Shown here one piece after another: positions 31,079 to 40,832 of a stretch of DNA of 64,000 nucleotides (position 1 is its first letter; the number at the start of each line of letters is the position of its first letter). The translations under genes were made by a program, and so were the position numbers. Source of the stretch: an uncultured Nitrososphaerota archaeon (GTDB lineage: Archaea > Thermoproteota > Nitrososphaeria > Conexivisphaerales > DTJL01); contig CAWJIE010000002.1 in the NCBI GenBank assembly GCA_963842885.1, forward strand, positions 1 through 64,000. Reading direction: 5' to 3'. The notes under the pieces are model-generated. The model was not told where the DNA came from and did not search any database. It was given only the letters and a program-made list of their open reading frames with translations.

Positions 31079-32506
31079 CTAATGTGAATGAGTCGCATCT
31101 ACGTCGCTAGGTAACCAGAGCCAGAAAGCGAAGAATGCGGTGGCTACCCAGAGGGCAACGAATAGCCCTGCCACGCACAACTGGGAAAGAGCGCTGCCCC
31201 AATAAGTCGGGGGGAGCCACCAGACGTCGAGCCTTGTCTGAAGGAGCCATGGCAGGTTGAGTTCTAGGAATTGGTAATCTAGCGGACCGCCGGATATAGA
31301 AAAGGCCGAGGTCAGTGCCCCGGTTCCTTCCACGAACGAACTGAAAACAAAGGTGGCAAGAAACAAGATGAGGCCCTTCCCCTTGGCCCTCGCAAGTACG
31401 ACTGAGATTGGGATGCAAAGAAAGGGCATCGCCAATATGAGAAACCTCGGCCCGTAGCCCGTCCCGCCCGCCCAGTCCTGCCACGCCGAATATGCGAACA
31501 GGACGACCAGAAAGGAGGACAGGAAGAGCACCGCGTCAGGAATCAAATCCGAGTCCTCTTTCATCTTGACGATGCCGTAGAGGCCGATCAGAGCAATTGG
31601 CGCCAAAAAGAGGATGCCACGGTAAGGCGAGCCCAGGTATGCAGCAACGTGTTCCACGAAGCCAGAAAAGCTGAACTGCGAGAGCAGGCTGGTTGCTCCG
31701 GTCTTGAGCTGCTCCGGAAAAATCAGAGGGTTGCCGAAGGCAATATAGTTGTAAGAAAAGTGCAACGCGGGAGCGGTCAAGGACCCAAGCCCTAGAAGCC
31801 CCATGTTCCTCAACTTCACGTGAGAGAGGGCCATGTAGGCTAAGAAAGGGAGGACGAGCAGGATGGCGAAGTATTCGACAAAGCAGGAGATCCCCAAGGA
31901 AATCCCTGCCAGGACTAGCCTCCAGCTCTTTCGTTCCTCTTTGACGACCTTAAGGAGAAGATACAGCGCTAGGACCGCAAAGAGCAGAGAGGCTTCGTGA
32001 ATGAAGATGACCGTTGCAAAAGGCCATACAGAAGTGCCGAACGCAAGAGAAAAGGCTGCCAGTAGGCTGGCGGCGGGCGGACCGTAGTACCTGCATATCT
32101 TGTATACGATGACGGTGGCCAACGAAGCCGCAAAGGCTAGGAACGCTTCGTCCAACAAAGCCGCGTTACCGAACGTCGTAAATGAACCTCCGTCCAAGAC
32201 GAATCCCAGCGCCGCAAAAGGCAGCGACAGTACCGCGAAGCCAGGCGAGATTGCACTGTAGTAGTGGCCGTTGAGGAGCCCCTTGTCGACCGTCTGCACG
32301 ATCAGCTGCCCCGGCGTCCCTAAGCTAAAGGAGTGATACTCCCAGAGGGCGTATTGGGTCCCAAGGATGCTCGCAGGGTAGTCGCTGGATATGAAGGTGT
32401 TCAGGGACAGCAAGAAGACAGATAGCGGGATGAGGAAAGCTAGAATGAGGTACGGCCTCTCTCCCCAATCCAACGGAATGCGAGAAGCGTCAGAAGTTGT
32501 TGCCAA
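31079..32506 (-). CDS. Membrane glycosyltransferase (GT-C/PMT-like)
   Basis: Polytopic; YNYIAFGNP, WAGGTGYGPRFL. Confidence 0.7.
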   Translation of the reverse strand: MATTSDASRIPLDWGERPYLILAFLIPLSVFLLSLNTFISSDYPASILGTQYALWEYHSFSLGTPGQLIVQTVDKGLLNGHYYSAISPGFAVLSLPFAALGFVLDGGSFTTFGNAALLDEAFLAFAASLATVIVYKICRYYGPPAASLLAAFSLAFGTSVWPFATVIFIHEASLLFAVLALYLLLKVVKEERKSWRLVLAGISLGISCFVEYFAILLVLPFLAYMALSHVKLRNMGLLGLGSLTAPALHFSYNYIAFGNPLIFPEQLKTGATSLLSQFSFSGFVEHVAAYLGSPYRGILFLAPIALIGLYGIVKMKEDSDLIPDAVLFLSSFLVVLFAYSAWQDWAGGTGYGPRFLILAMPFLCIPISVVLARAKGKGLILFLATFVFSSFVEGTGALTSAFSISGGPLDYQFLELNLPWLLQTRLDVWWLPPTYWGSALSQLCVAGLFVALWVATAFFAFWLWLPSDVDATHSH

Positions 32507-32716
32507 TCAGGGCAGGGTTCCCAGTACGTTGTGGGAAGCCGCAGTCCCATAAGCCTATCGAACTTCAGTTTCAACAGGCTGCACGGTTGAGGCCTACTTC
32601 TCTTCACGCTCAGTATTGATCTCAATACGTTGAAGATGAGTGAATGAGGGTTCGGTCTCTGCCGCCGTCTCACGGAGAACTATGACGATTCTTATCCAAG
32701 ACCTCAACAAAACTAG

Positions 32717-32826
32717 GTTTGTCTAAGGAACCTCTTCAATTGCCAAAAACAGCGGCTCTTCGTGTTTGCCTAACCTACAGGTTGGGCAGACTCAAGACCG
32801 AGTCAGCCCGTTCGCAGGTCCAAGCC
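32717..32826 (+). repeat. Half-site (32717) + module C (32764-32791) + core D, copy 8 (32812-32826)
   Basis: GTTTGTCTAAG 47 nt before GTTTGCCTAAC-CTACAG-GTTGGGCAGAC. Confidence 0.9.
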
Positions 32827-32848
32827 GCTCAATACAAAAAGGAGAAGA

Positions 32849-33394
32849 GTGATACCTTGTCTTGGCGTGGGACGTTTGAGTAGAACGCATAGGGGCATCG
32901 GAAGGGTAGTACTAGTCGGCTTCGTCGTGTTGGTGGTCCTCATTTCGATTTCAACCGTATGGGCCCTGGGGAGCTACGTGCGGAAGCCTTCGGAAGAGGG
33001 GTTCGGGATCTACTCCCTCAAGGACAATACCCTGTTGATCTCTGATGCCGACGTCCTTTCATACAATTGGACCAGTCAGGAGATGGCTATCACCGCTCAA
33101 GCCTCCGAGAGGTTGAACCAGACGGAAGACCTCTACGGTTACTTGCCAGGGTTTGTAGTCAGGGTAGATGGAGTGGAAGTGTACCGCGGTATCTTCAGAG
33201 AGATCACCATGAATGCGATACCGGCTTCTCCGAATATCTCTATAATATTCCCTTCCGTGATCCTTCCGTCTGGATCAGCAAACTACGGGGCCATCCGGTG
33301 GTTCTTCCCATTCTTTCAGCCACCGAGCGACCAACCAGCGAACAACACGAAGCTCCTTCAGTACTTCGAGAAGGCACAGAAACTAGTACACTAG
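32849..33394 (+). CDS. Hypothetical membrane-anchored protein
   Basis: N-terminal TM; only gene between D copies 8 and 9. Confidence 0.7.
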   Translation: MIPCLGVGRLSRTHRGIGRVVLVGFVVLVVLISISTVWALGSYVRKPSEEGFGIYSLKDNTLLISDADVLSYNWTSQEMAITAQASERLNQTEDLYGYLPGFVVRVDGVEVYRGIFREITMNAIPASPNISIIFPSVILPSGSANYGAIRWFFPFFQPPSDQPANNTKLLQYFEKAQKLVH

Positions 33395-33426
33395 CAGGAA
33401 AATCGCGCCGAGCGCGGACGCTCCAG

Positions 33427-33495
33427 TCAATTAACCTACCGTTTTCAATAACACAGAGATGAACGAGGTCAGGCCAATTTTCGCAGGTCCAAGCC
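33427..33495 (+). repeat. Module A' + core D, copy 9 (33481-33495)
   Basis: TCAATTAACCTACCGTTTTCAATAACACAGAGATGAA...TCGCAGGTCCAAGCC. Confidence 0.9.
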
Positions 33496-33587
33496 CAGGC
33501 CTCTATACTGGGAGATGGATGATTGTTCAAGGACGCAAGATTGTTCCACTTAGTTTATAGCGCCAATCGAAGGCGCGAGGGACTACA

Positions 33588-33905
33588 ATGCCGAAATACG
33601 TCGTCATTTCAAATCATCCTCCCGAAAGCTGCCCTTCAGCGAATGGAGTCCTAATGCAGAGGACCAAGACGATGGAGAAGGATCTGGGTCCGTTCCTGGA
33701 GAAATACAAGGTCAAGCCGGAAGTCATACACCATCTCGATCCGGGCCACAAGATGCTCTGGGTTTTGGAAGCACCCAACGCTGAAGCCGTCAGAGACATG
33801 ATTTACGCGAGCGGCCTGTCTCAGTGGAACGACTTCGAATTCTACATGGCTTCGACCTTGGGCCAGATACTCAGCTGGACCGAGAAGCTGCAGCCTGTAT
33901 GGTAG
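33588..33905 (+). CDS. Small ferredoxin-like fold protein (GYD/DUF3303-like)
   Basis: MPKYVVISNHPPESCP...WVLEAPNAEAV; TTTATA about 35 nt upstream. Confidence 0.65.
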   Translation: MPKYVVISNHPPESCPSANGVLMQRTKTMEKDLGPFLEKYKVKPEVIHHLDPGHKMLWVLEAPNAEAVRDMIYASGLSQWNDFEFYMASTLGQILSWTEKLQPVW

Positions 33906-34000
33906 AGTAAACGGTCGTCAAACCCCGTTCTTTTTGCATCCTAGGAAAGCTGGGTACCGGATGGTCTGTGTCGCATTCATCTTCCACTGTCAGCACATTC

Positions 34001-34085
34001 TCGCAGGTCCAAGCCCGCGTCCTGACTGAATTCGTCCAATTATCAAATTGTCCTCAATAACATAAAGATGATTAACCTATTGAGG
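34001..34085 (+). repeat. Core D, copy 10 (34001-34015) + module A (34037-34085)
   Basis: Exact 15-mer, then CAATTATCAAATTG...CAATAACATAAAGATGATTAACCTATTGAGG. Confidence 0.9.
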
Positions 34086-34106
34086 CATCAGTGTGCCTCT
34101 TTCGCT

Positions 34107-34782
34107 GGTTTGAACCCCGCTTCCGGTGCTCCTATCCCGGCCGGAGCGCTACATGCCATGATTCCATCTCAAGCTGCGCACTGGCGCGGCAATGCTACCC
34201 GGGACCATCTTGTCTACAAGCGCAGGCCGACCGACGCAAGGAGGAACGGACCGGCGAGAATGCCCCGCGTCAGCAGGCTCGTATCAAGGGGTGGGTTCGG
34301 GGCGAAAGAGCCGGGGCTTGTCGCCCGCCTCCTCGATCGCCCATATGACGGGGAGGCAAGGGTGTTCGAAGGCGTCCGGCGAGCCCTCCTCCACCGGGCA
34401 TCCGGTGACGCACCGGTCGAGCCTCGGGTCGACCGGACAGCGCCGGAGCTCAGGGCCCTGGAGGAGCCTCTCCTCATCCAGGAGCTTGCCGCAGTCCGCG
34501 CAGTAGGTGCGCACGACGAGGAAGTTGCCGTCCGCCGCCTTCTCGCCGCGGACCCTCACGTGCTTGCAGTCGGCGTCATGGGAGGAGGGAGCTGGCTCGG
34601 AACCGCGGAAGGAACGATCTCTTGACCTACGGAGGGAGTCGGACACGCCCCGAGCACTTGGACACGAAGTTGAGTTTCATGCTATTAAGCGTTGGGAGCA
34701 CAGACATCGGGCTGCACGCCTGCCCTGGCGGCGACAGTCGCCGAAGGAATTGGGCTCAGCAGGGAGGGTCCAGGAGGATGGG
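34107..34782 (+). repeat. 676-bp duplicated unit, copy 1
   Basis: Highly similar to 50731-51406; offset 16624 at both ends. Confidence 0.9.
34284..34646 (-). CDS. Cys-rich putative Zn-finger protein (in duplicated unit)
   Basis: CKH...YCADCG...CP...C..GC...HPC; open in both copies. Confidence 0.5.
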   Translation of the reverse strand: MSDSLRRSRDRSFRGSEPAPSSHDADCKHVRVRGEKAADGNFLVVRTYCADCGKLLDEERLLQGPELRRCPVDPRLDRCVTGCPVEEGSPDAFEHPCLPVIWAIEEAGDKPRLFRPEPTP

Positions 34783-34988
34783 AAGGAGCAGAACCGTTCG
34801 TTGCTCTCGGAATTGCGTGGGGGAGGAGGAGGACCAGGCTGCGCGCGGAGTGGACCTCGGGTGATACCACGAAGCGCTTCTTCGATCACGTGCCAAAGAA
34901 GAGGGCCAGGAAACCATGACCCGATGCCGAGGAAGGTCACCTTCCTCAGCTAGGAGGACACGCCCATGCAGCGGGCCATGGAGATTCA

Positions 34989-36506
34989 GTGGCTGGTAAC
35001 CTCAGCCAATGGAGTGGTTCTAAGGAGGCCTCCCGTGACCCCGACTCCGTGCGGTCAGAACAGGCCGGTCTGTACAGGTGGACCGTGCTCCTGATAACGT
35101 CCATCGGGGCCTTCATGACGCCGCTCGACAGTACCATAGTGAGCGTATCCCTTCCCTCCATCGCCCAGGGGCTGAAGATGGACTACGAGTCGGTCATATG
35201 GGTGCCTACCGCGTATCTCGTCGCCCTGACCGTGCTACTCCTGAGCCTGGGGAGGCTCTCCGACAGCAGGGGAAGGAAGCCGATTTTCATTTCAGGGTTC
35301 GCCATCTTCTCGGTATCCTCCTTCCTCTGCGGCAACGCGTCCAGCGGCCTCGAACTGGTCGTGTTCAGGGCCATCCAGGGGGCCGGGGCGGCCTTCATAG
35401 GGGCCACCTCGACGGCCATAATCACGGACACCTTCCCTTCGAGTGAGAGGGGGAAGGCGCTGGGCATCAACACGATGTCCGTCTACGTGGGCCTCTCGGT
35501 GGGCCCCAGCCTGGGAGGCTTCCTGACGTTCGCCTATGGCTGGCGCTCGATATTCTACGTCAACGTGCCCATCGGGCTGCTCGTGATAGCGCTCGCGCTA
35601 ACCAGGTTGAAAGAGTCCCCCGTCCTCGGTCCCAGGAAGGGATTCGACCTCCTGGGAGCGGGCACCTTCTCCGCGGGGCTCGTAGCCGTGCTCGTCGGCC
35701 TGACGGTGGGGGACAGCCTGGGCTGGGGATCGCCTTTCATAATCGGGCTTCTGGCGACCGGCGGGCTCCTCCTGATCTCCTTCGCCGCCATCGAGAGGGG
35801 AAGGGGGACAAAGGCCATGCTAGACCTCTCCCTCTTCACCGGAAATCGGCTCTTCGCGGCGGCGAACCTCTCCGCCCTGCTGAACTACACCTCCTACTTC
35901 GGGGTGAGCTTCTTCATCTCCTTCTACCTACAGAGGGTCCTGGGATACGACGCCCTCCGGGCAGGCCTGGTGCTCCTCGTGATGCCGGTCTGCATGGCGT
36001 TGCTCTCGCCCGTCAGCGGTTGGCTGTCGGACAGGTTCGGCTCGCGCGGCCTCAGCTCGCTGGGCATGGCCCTGATCGCCTCAGGGCTCCTCATGATGAG
36101 CACCCTGGGCATCTCCTCGCCTTCGACCCAGGTGATCTCAGGCCTCCTCGTCATAGGTATCGGCATGGGGCTCTTCTCCTCCCCCAACACAAGCGCCGTG
36201 ATGGGCTCCGTGGAGAGGGATAAGCTGGGGGTCGCCAGCGGGACGCTGGCCACGATGAGGTTCAGCGGCCAGTCCCTGAGCCTCGCTTTGATGGGGGCCG
36301 TGGTGGCCAGCGCGGCGTCCGCGGGCCTCCTGTCTTCGCTGTTCACCGGCGTGGGGACCTCTCAGCTGAACGTCGCCGCGGGCTCCTTCGTCGAGGGAAT
36401 GAGGAGGGCCTTCATGGTCTCCGCGGTCATCGCAGCCATGGGCTTCTTCACCTCCCTGCAGCGCGGGGCAAAGGGACGTGGGGAGCAGGCCGCTCACGTT
36501 CCCTAG
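34989..36506 (+). CDS. MFS drug efflux transporter (DHA2/EmrB-QacA)
   Basis: LDSTIVSVSLP, GRLSDSRGRK, FRAIQGAG, FYVNVPIG. Confidence 0.92.
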   Translation: MAGNLSQWSGSKEASRDPDSVRSEQAGLYRWTVLLITSIGAFMTPLDSTIVSVSLPSIAQGLKMDYESVIWVPTAYLVALTVLLLSLGRLSDSRGRKPIFISGFAIFSVSSFLCGNASSGLELVVFRAIQGAGAAFIGATSTAIITDTFPSSERGKALGINTMSVYVGLSVGPSLGGFLTFAYGWRSIFYVNVPIGLLVIALALTRLKESPVLGPRKGFDLLGAGTFSAGLVAVLVGLTVGDSLGWGSPFIIGLLATGGLLLISFAAIERGRGTKAMLDLSLFTGNRLFAAANLSALLNYTSYFGVSFFISFYLQRVLGYDALRAGLVLLVMPVCMALLSPVSGWLSDRFGSRGLSSLGMALIASGLLMMSTLGISSPSTQVISGLLVIGIGMGLFSSPNTSAVMGSVERDKLGVASGTLATMRFSGQSLSLALMGAVVASAASAGLLSSLFTGVGTSQLNVAAGSFVEGMRRAFMVSAVIAAMGFFTSLQRGAKGRGEQAAHVP

Positions 36507-36536
36507 GAGGATCGTCCGGCCTCTCATGCATAGGCC

Positions 36537-36698
36537 ATGTCGAGCAACACGGACGGCCGGAAGGACATCACCTCCAACTTCCGAGGCACCCTCGTTCCCG
36601 AGTTCCCGGGGTCTCTAGCATCATTCGCTCTGGTAATCGGCGCGCTCATGGCCATGGTCATCGAACGCAAGGTGGGGCCTCAGCACGGTTCGGTTTGA
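36537..36698 (+). pseudogene. Orphan PEF-CTERM sorting-signal fragment (53 aa)
   Basis: Hand translation: ...TLVPEFPGSLASFALVIGALMAMVIERK. Confidence 0.55.
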
Positions 36699-36747
36699 AC
36701 ATGGCATCCTATGTCCCTATCTCGGCAATGACACGAATCTCTGAAGT

Positions 36748-36773
36748 CAGCAGGTAGGGTCCAGGAGGATGGG
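36748..36773 (+). repeat. Module G (CAGCAGGKAGGGTCCAGGAGGATGGG)
   Basis: Also at 34757-34782 and 51381-51406. Confidence 0.8.
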
Positions 36774-36819
36774 CCCCGAGCCAATCAGCTTCAGTATCGG
36801 GACGGCGCAAGAGAGAGAA

Positions 36820-36884
36820 GGCCTCCCTGTGCTCCACCCAGGAGAAGGCGCTCCAGGAGGCGGTGTGGAAGATTGCTCGTTTGT
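36820..36884 (+). repeat. Direct repeat H, left of the AbiE pair
   Basis: Aligns without gaps to 38257-38321. Confidence 0.75.
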
Positions 36885-36978
36885 CGAGCCCCCGGCCTGC
36901 CTCCCATTGGAAGCGGCGAGCGGGCAAGGAATGTGTACCCAACTTATATTTATATATAAGTTCGGTCAGACCTCCGCC

Positions 36979-37641
36979 ATGGAGCAAATGCCGCTTCACG
37001 TCAGGCTCAGGAAGAGAGGACATAGAGAGGTGGCCATGGCCCAGGACCTTCTGGTCTCGGCGGCATACGATGCCTTCCCCGCTCTTGTGCTTCATGGAGG
37101 GACCGCCATCTGGAGGTGCTACGGGGGGAGCAGGTTCTCCGAGGACGTGGACGCCTACCTTCCGCCGCCGGTGGGAGGGGATGCCATGCCCGCGCTGAAA
37201 GACGTGCTGGTCGCGAGGGGGTTCGTAGTCCTGAAGCTCAAGAGGAGCAGGAACGCCATCTACGCACGGCTTTCGTACGCCGACGCTGAGGTGCGCTTCG
37301 AGGCCCTTGTCAAGGAGCCAGGAGCCTCGGTGGTCCGCACGTTCGAGATGGTCGACGGGTCCCGGATTGCCGTCAACACCCTCTCCCCGGAGGCCCTCTT
37401 GGCAGAGAAGGCCAGGGCCTACGTCGACAGGAGGAAGGTGAGGGACCTCTTCGACGTCTTCTTCCTCCTGAGCCTCGCCTCTAGGGGCCCGGAAGTGGAG
37501 GCAAGCGTTGGGGAGCTCATCGACGGGTTCGTTCCACCGGTGGACGAAAGGGCGCTGAAAGCCCTGGTAATCTCCGGGGCAGTCCCCACTACGGAGGGGA
37601 TGGTGGAGGCGATTCGCTCATGGGCAAGAAGGTCCACATAG
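36979..37641 (+). CDS. abiEii: AbiEii family nucleotidyltransferase toxin
   Basis: LHGGTAIWRCY..SRFSEDVD; EKARAY..RRKVRDLFD; TATA near 36945-36959. Confidence 0.88.
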   Translation: MEQMPLHVRLRKRGHREVAMAQDLLVSAAYDAFPALVLHGGTAIWRCYGGSRFSEDVDAYLPPPVGGDAMPALKDVLVARGFVVLKLKRSRNAIYARLSYADAEVRFEALVKEPGASVVRTFEMVDGSRIAVNTLSPEALLAEKARAYVDRRKVRDLFDVFFLLSLASRGPEVEASVGELIDGFVPPVDERALKALVISGAVPTTEGMVEAIRSWARRST

Positions 37642-38198
37642 ACGCCGTCCGCGCCTTCATCAAAACCACACCGGTCTTCAGGGCCAGGGACGTCGAGGTC
37701 ATAGCCGGTGACAGGCGGTACACCCACCTCCTGCTGCACAACATGGCGAGGCGAAGGGAGATCGTGAGGCTCACGAGGGGCTTCTACTCCCTGGAGGGGG
37801 ACCCTGTCCTTTCGGTGTTCTGCTTCAGGCCGGCCTACATAGGGCTCCAAGAAGCCCTGAGCATGAGGAACCTCTGGGAGCAGGAGACGAATGTCGTGAT
37901 AGTCACGGCGGCCAGCGCGAGGGCAGGGGTGCGGGAGGTGGCCGGAAGCAACGTCGTGGTGCGCCCCATCCCCGTCGGTCAATTCTTCGGCTACGAGTTC
38001 CTTCCGTACGGAGAATATAGAGTGCCAGTCTCGGACCCAGAGAAGACCCTCATCGACCTTGTGAGCCTCGGCGAGGCCTCTGACGTGGGGTCGCTCGGAG
38101 AGCTGTTGGGCGCCGTGAGCAGAGGGAAGGTTCGGGAGTATCTTGCGGCCTACCCGGCGCCGGTTCGACAATCAGTGCTGAGCCTCCTGGAGACTTGA
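37620..38198 (+). CDS. abiEi: AbiEi-like antitoxin
   Basis: IVRLTRGFY...PAYIGLQEALS...VSDPEKTLID. Confidence 0.8.
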   Translation: MGKKVHIDAVRAFIKTTPVFRARDVEVIAGDRRYTHLLLHNMARRREIVRLTRGFYSLEGDPVLSVFCFRPAYIGLQEALSMRNLWEQETNVVIVTAASARAGVREVAGSNVVVRPIPVGQFFGYEFLPYGEYRVPVSDPEKTLIDLVSLGEASDVGSLGELLGAVSRGKVREYLAAYPAPVRQSVLSLLET

Positions 38199-38256
38199 GC
38201 CCCGAGGTCGATCTTGTCCGCTGTCAAAATGGAAGCCTAGGGGCGGAGGGCAAAAG

Positions 38257-38321
38257 GGCCTCTCTGTTGGCCACTCGGGAGAAGGCGCTCCGGGAGGCGG
38301 CGTGGAAGATGACGCACTTGT
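38257..38321 (+). repeat. Direct repeat H, right of the AbiE pair
   Basis: Aligns to 36820-36884. Confidence 0.75.
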
Positions 38322-38568
38322 GACTCCTCTGCATCGGGGATGCTGACGAACCAGGGGGTGCCCGGCGCCCTTCTGGTAGGGGTTCAGAAGGTCCTCCCCC
38401 TGCTGCGTCGAGGCCCGCATCGGGGGTCGCCCGGCGCATACCCTGGCATCGAAAGGTTCCTGATCGCGCTGCAGGGACCGGGCCGGCGAAGGGGATGACA
38501 TTCGGTCGAGAGAAGACCTATATGTCGAAGGCGCGTGATTGCAGGTGGAAACTTAGTAGGTGAACCTG

Positions 38569-40191
38569 ATGGCGTCAAATTCGTCTTCACTCCCCGTGAT
38601 CGTGCTGAAAGGGGGGTCGACGGAGGCAAAGGGAAGGGAGGCCCTGCAGAACAACATAAACGCCGCCAAGCTGGTGGCGGAGCTGGTCGAGTCCTCACTG
38701 GGCCCGAGGGGGATGGACAAGATGCTCGTCGACAGCATGGGGGACGTCACCATAACCAACGACGGGGCCACGATGCTCAAGCAGATGGACATACAGCATC
38801 CAGGCGCCAAGATGCTGGTCGAGATCGCCAAGGCGACGGACAGCGAGGTGGGGGACGGCACCACCTCCGCGGTCATCCTGGCCGGCTCGCTCTTGGAGAA
38901 GGCCGAGGAGCTCCTCGACAAGGACGTCCATCCCAACATCATCGTTGACGGCTACACCCTGGCTTCGGAGAAGGCGCTGGAAATCCTGGCAAAGATCGCC
39001 ATCAAGGTGGACCCGACCAACAAGGAGTGGCTCGTCAAGGTATCTAAGACGAGCCTGGCTTCGAAGCTTGTGTCCCAGGAGAGCGAAGAGCTTTCGAACA
39101 TCGTAGTGGACGCCGTCCTCCATGTGGTGGAGAAGTCCGGAGAGAAGCTGAAGGTGGACATCGACAACGTCAAGGTCGAGAAGAAGCCCGGGAAGTCCCT
39201 CAGCGACACTTCTCTCATCAATGGGATCATCATAGACAAGGAGGTCGTCCACGCGGGCATGCCGAAGAAGGTGGAGGGGGCGAAGATCGCGCTTCTCAAC
39301 TCGCCTCTTGAGATCGAGAAGACCGAGATGAGCGCCGAGATCAGGATATCCGACTCCACCAAGATGAAGTCCTTCCTCGACGAAGAGACGAGGATGCTCA
39401 AGGGGATGGTGGACAAGGTCGCCGAAGTAGGCGCGACCGTAGTATTCTTGCAGAAGGGCATCGACGACATCGCCCAGCACTATCTCGCGAAGGCCGGGAT
39501 AATGGCGGTCCGCCGCGTGAAGGAGAGCGACATGACCCGCCTCGCCAAGGCCACGGGAGGGAGGATGGTCACCAACCTGAGCGAGCTGACAGGCGACGAC
39601 CTGGGCTACGCCGGGCTGGTGGAGGAGAGGAAGGTAGAGCAGGACAAGTGGGTCTTCGTCGAGGGCTGCAAGAACCCCAAGGCCGTCAGCATACTCCTGA
39701 GGGGAGGCACCCAGAGGGTGGTGGACGAAGCTGAAAGGGCCGTCCACGACGCGATAATGGTGGTCAAGGACGTGATAGAGAAGCCCTCCGTCGTCTGCGG
39801 AGGAGGGGCCCCGGAGGCCGAGATCGCCCATCGCATCAGGAGGTGGACTCACACGCTGTCAGGGAGGGAGCAGCTGGCAGCGCAGGCCTTCGCCGACGCC
39901 CTGGAGGTCGTCCCGCTGACCCTGGCGTCGAACGCGGGCATGGACCCCATCGATACGCAGGTGGACCTTCGGGCGGCGCACGCGAAGGACAGGACCTGGG
40001 CCGGGATCAACGTGTTCGACGGGAAGGTCGGCGACATGGAGAAGGAGGAGGTCTTCGAGCCCACGGTGGTGAAGTCCCAGATCATAAAGTCGGCGACTGA
40101 GGCCGCGGTCATGATCCTGAGGATCGACGACGTCATCGCTTCGAAGGGAATGGGGAGGGAGGGCGGAGGCCCGCCCCCTGGCGGCATGTAG
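38569..40191 (+). CDS. ths: Thermosome (group II chaperonin) subunit
   Basis: SLGPRGMDKML, ITNDGATML, GDGTTS, GGGAPE, ILRIDDVI. Confidence 0.97.
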   Translation: MASNSSSLPVIVLKGGSTEAKGREALQNNINAAKLVAELVESSLGPRGMDKMLVDSMGDVTITNDGATMLKQMDIQHPGAKMLVEIAKATDSEVGDGTTSAVILAGSLLEKAEELLDKDVHPNIIVDGYTLASEKALEILAKIAIKVDPTNKEWLVKVSKTSLASKLVSQESEELSNIVVDAVLHVVEKSGEKLKVDIDNVKVEKKPGKSLSDTSLINGIIIDKEVVHAGMPKKVEGAKIALLNSPLEIEKTEMSAEIRISDSTKMKSFLDEETRMLKGMVDKVAEVGATVVFLQKGIDDIAQHYLAKAGIMAVRRVKESDMTRLAKATGGRMVTNLSELTGDDLGYAGLVEERKVEQDKWVFVEGCKNPKAVSILLRGGTQRVVDEAERAVHDAIMVVKDVIEKPSVVCGGGAPEAEIAHRIRRWTHTLSGREQLAAQAFADALEVVPLTLASNAGMDPIDTQVDLRAAHAKDRTWAGINVFDGKVGDMEKEEVFEPTVVKSQIIKSATEAAVMILRIDDVIASKGMGREGGGPPPGGM

Positions 40192-40337
40192 GGAAGTTCC
40201 TTTCACGTTTCTCCGGATCTGTCAAGGCCCAGCGTCTGCTGGCCTAGGAACTGGAGAAAATCCCGGTGCGTCTGCCAACCTTTTTAATGTAACTCGTTCT
40301 AATTCATAGGATGTCGGACATCTTCTGGTGACCCGTT

Positions 40338-40658
40338 TTGTCCTCTAGGAGGGAAACGTTCCCCGGCGACCAGGCCGCGCAGACGGAGCGCTGCCCACGT
40401 TGCGGCAGGCGACCCATGGTCATCGACTCTGCCAAGGGAGAGATGGTCTGCAGCTTCTGCGGATTCGTCGTCAAGGAACGCATCGAGGAGACGGGTCCGG
40501 AGTGGCGCGCGTTCTCCAAGGAGGAGAAGGATGACAGGAGCAGGGTGGGGATCCCCGCTTCTCTTGCCATGCACGACATGGGCCTGGCTACGGTCATCGG
40601 CTCGGAGAACAGGGATGCCTCTGGAAGAAACCTGACATGTGCGTCAGGACGTGCGTAA
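40338..40658 (+). pseudogene. tfb: Transcription initiation factor B, N-terminal fragment
   Basis: CPRC..CSFCG..GPEWRAF..RSRVG.P..MHDMGLAT; stops before the cyclin repeats. Confidence 0.85.
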
Positions 40659-40832
40659 GGTCGTATTCGTACGCCTACGACCTGAACCCCCTGAACCTCG
40701 TGGACCTCGTCGGTGACGCGAGGATCCAGCTCAACCAGAGGGTATCGGCGCCCCCCTGAGGGGACGCGGCCGAACAGAGAAACCACGAAGTATTTGAGAG
40801 CGGGCGTGCCAGCCGCTGGAGAGTAAGCCCCG

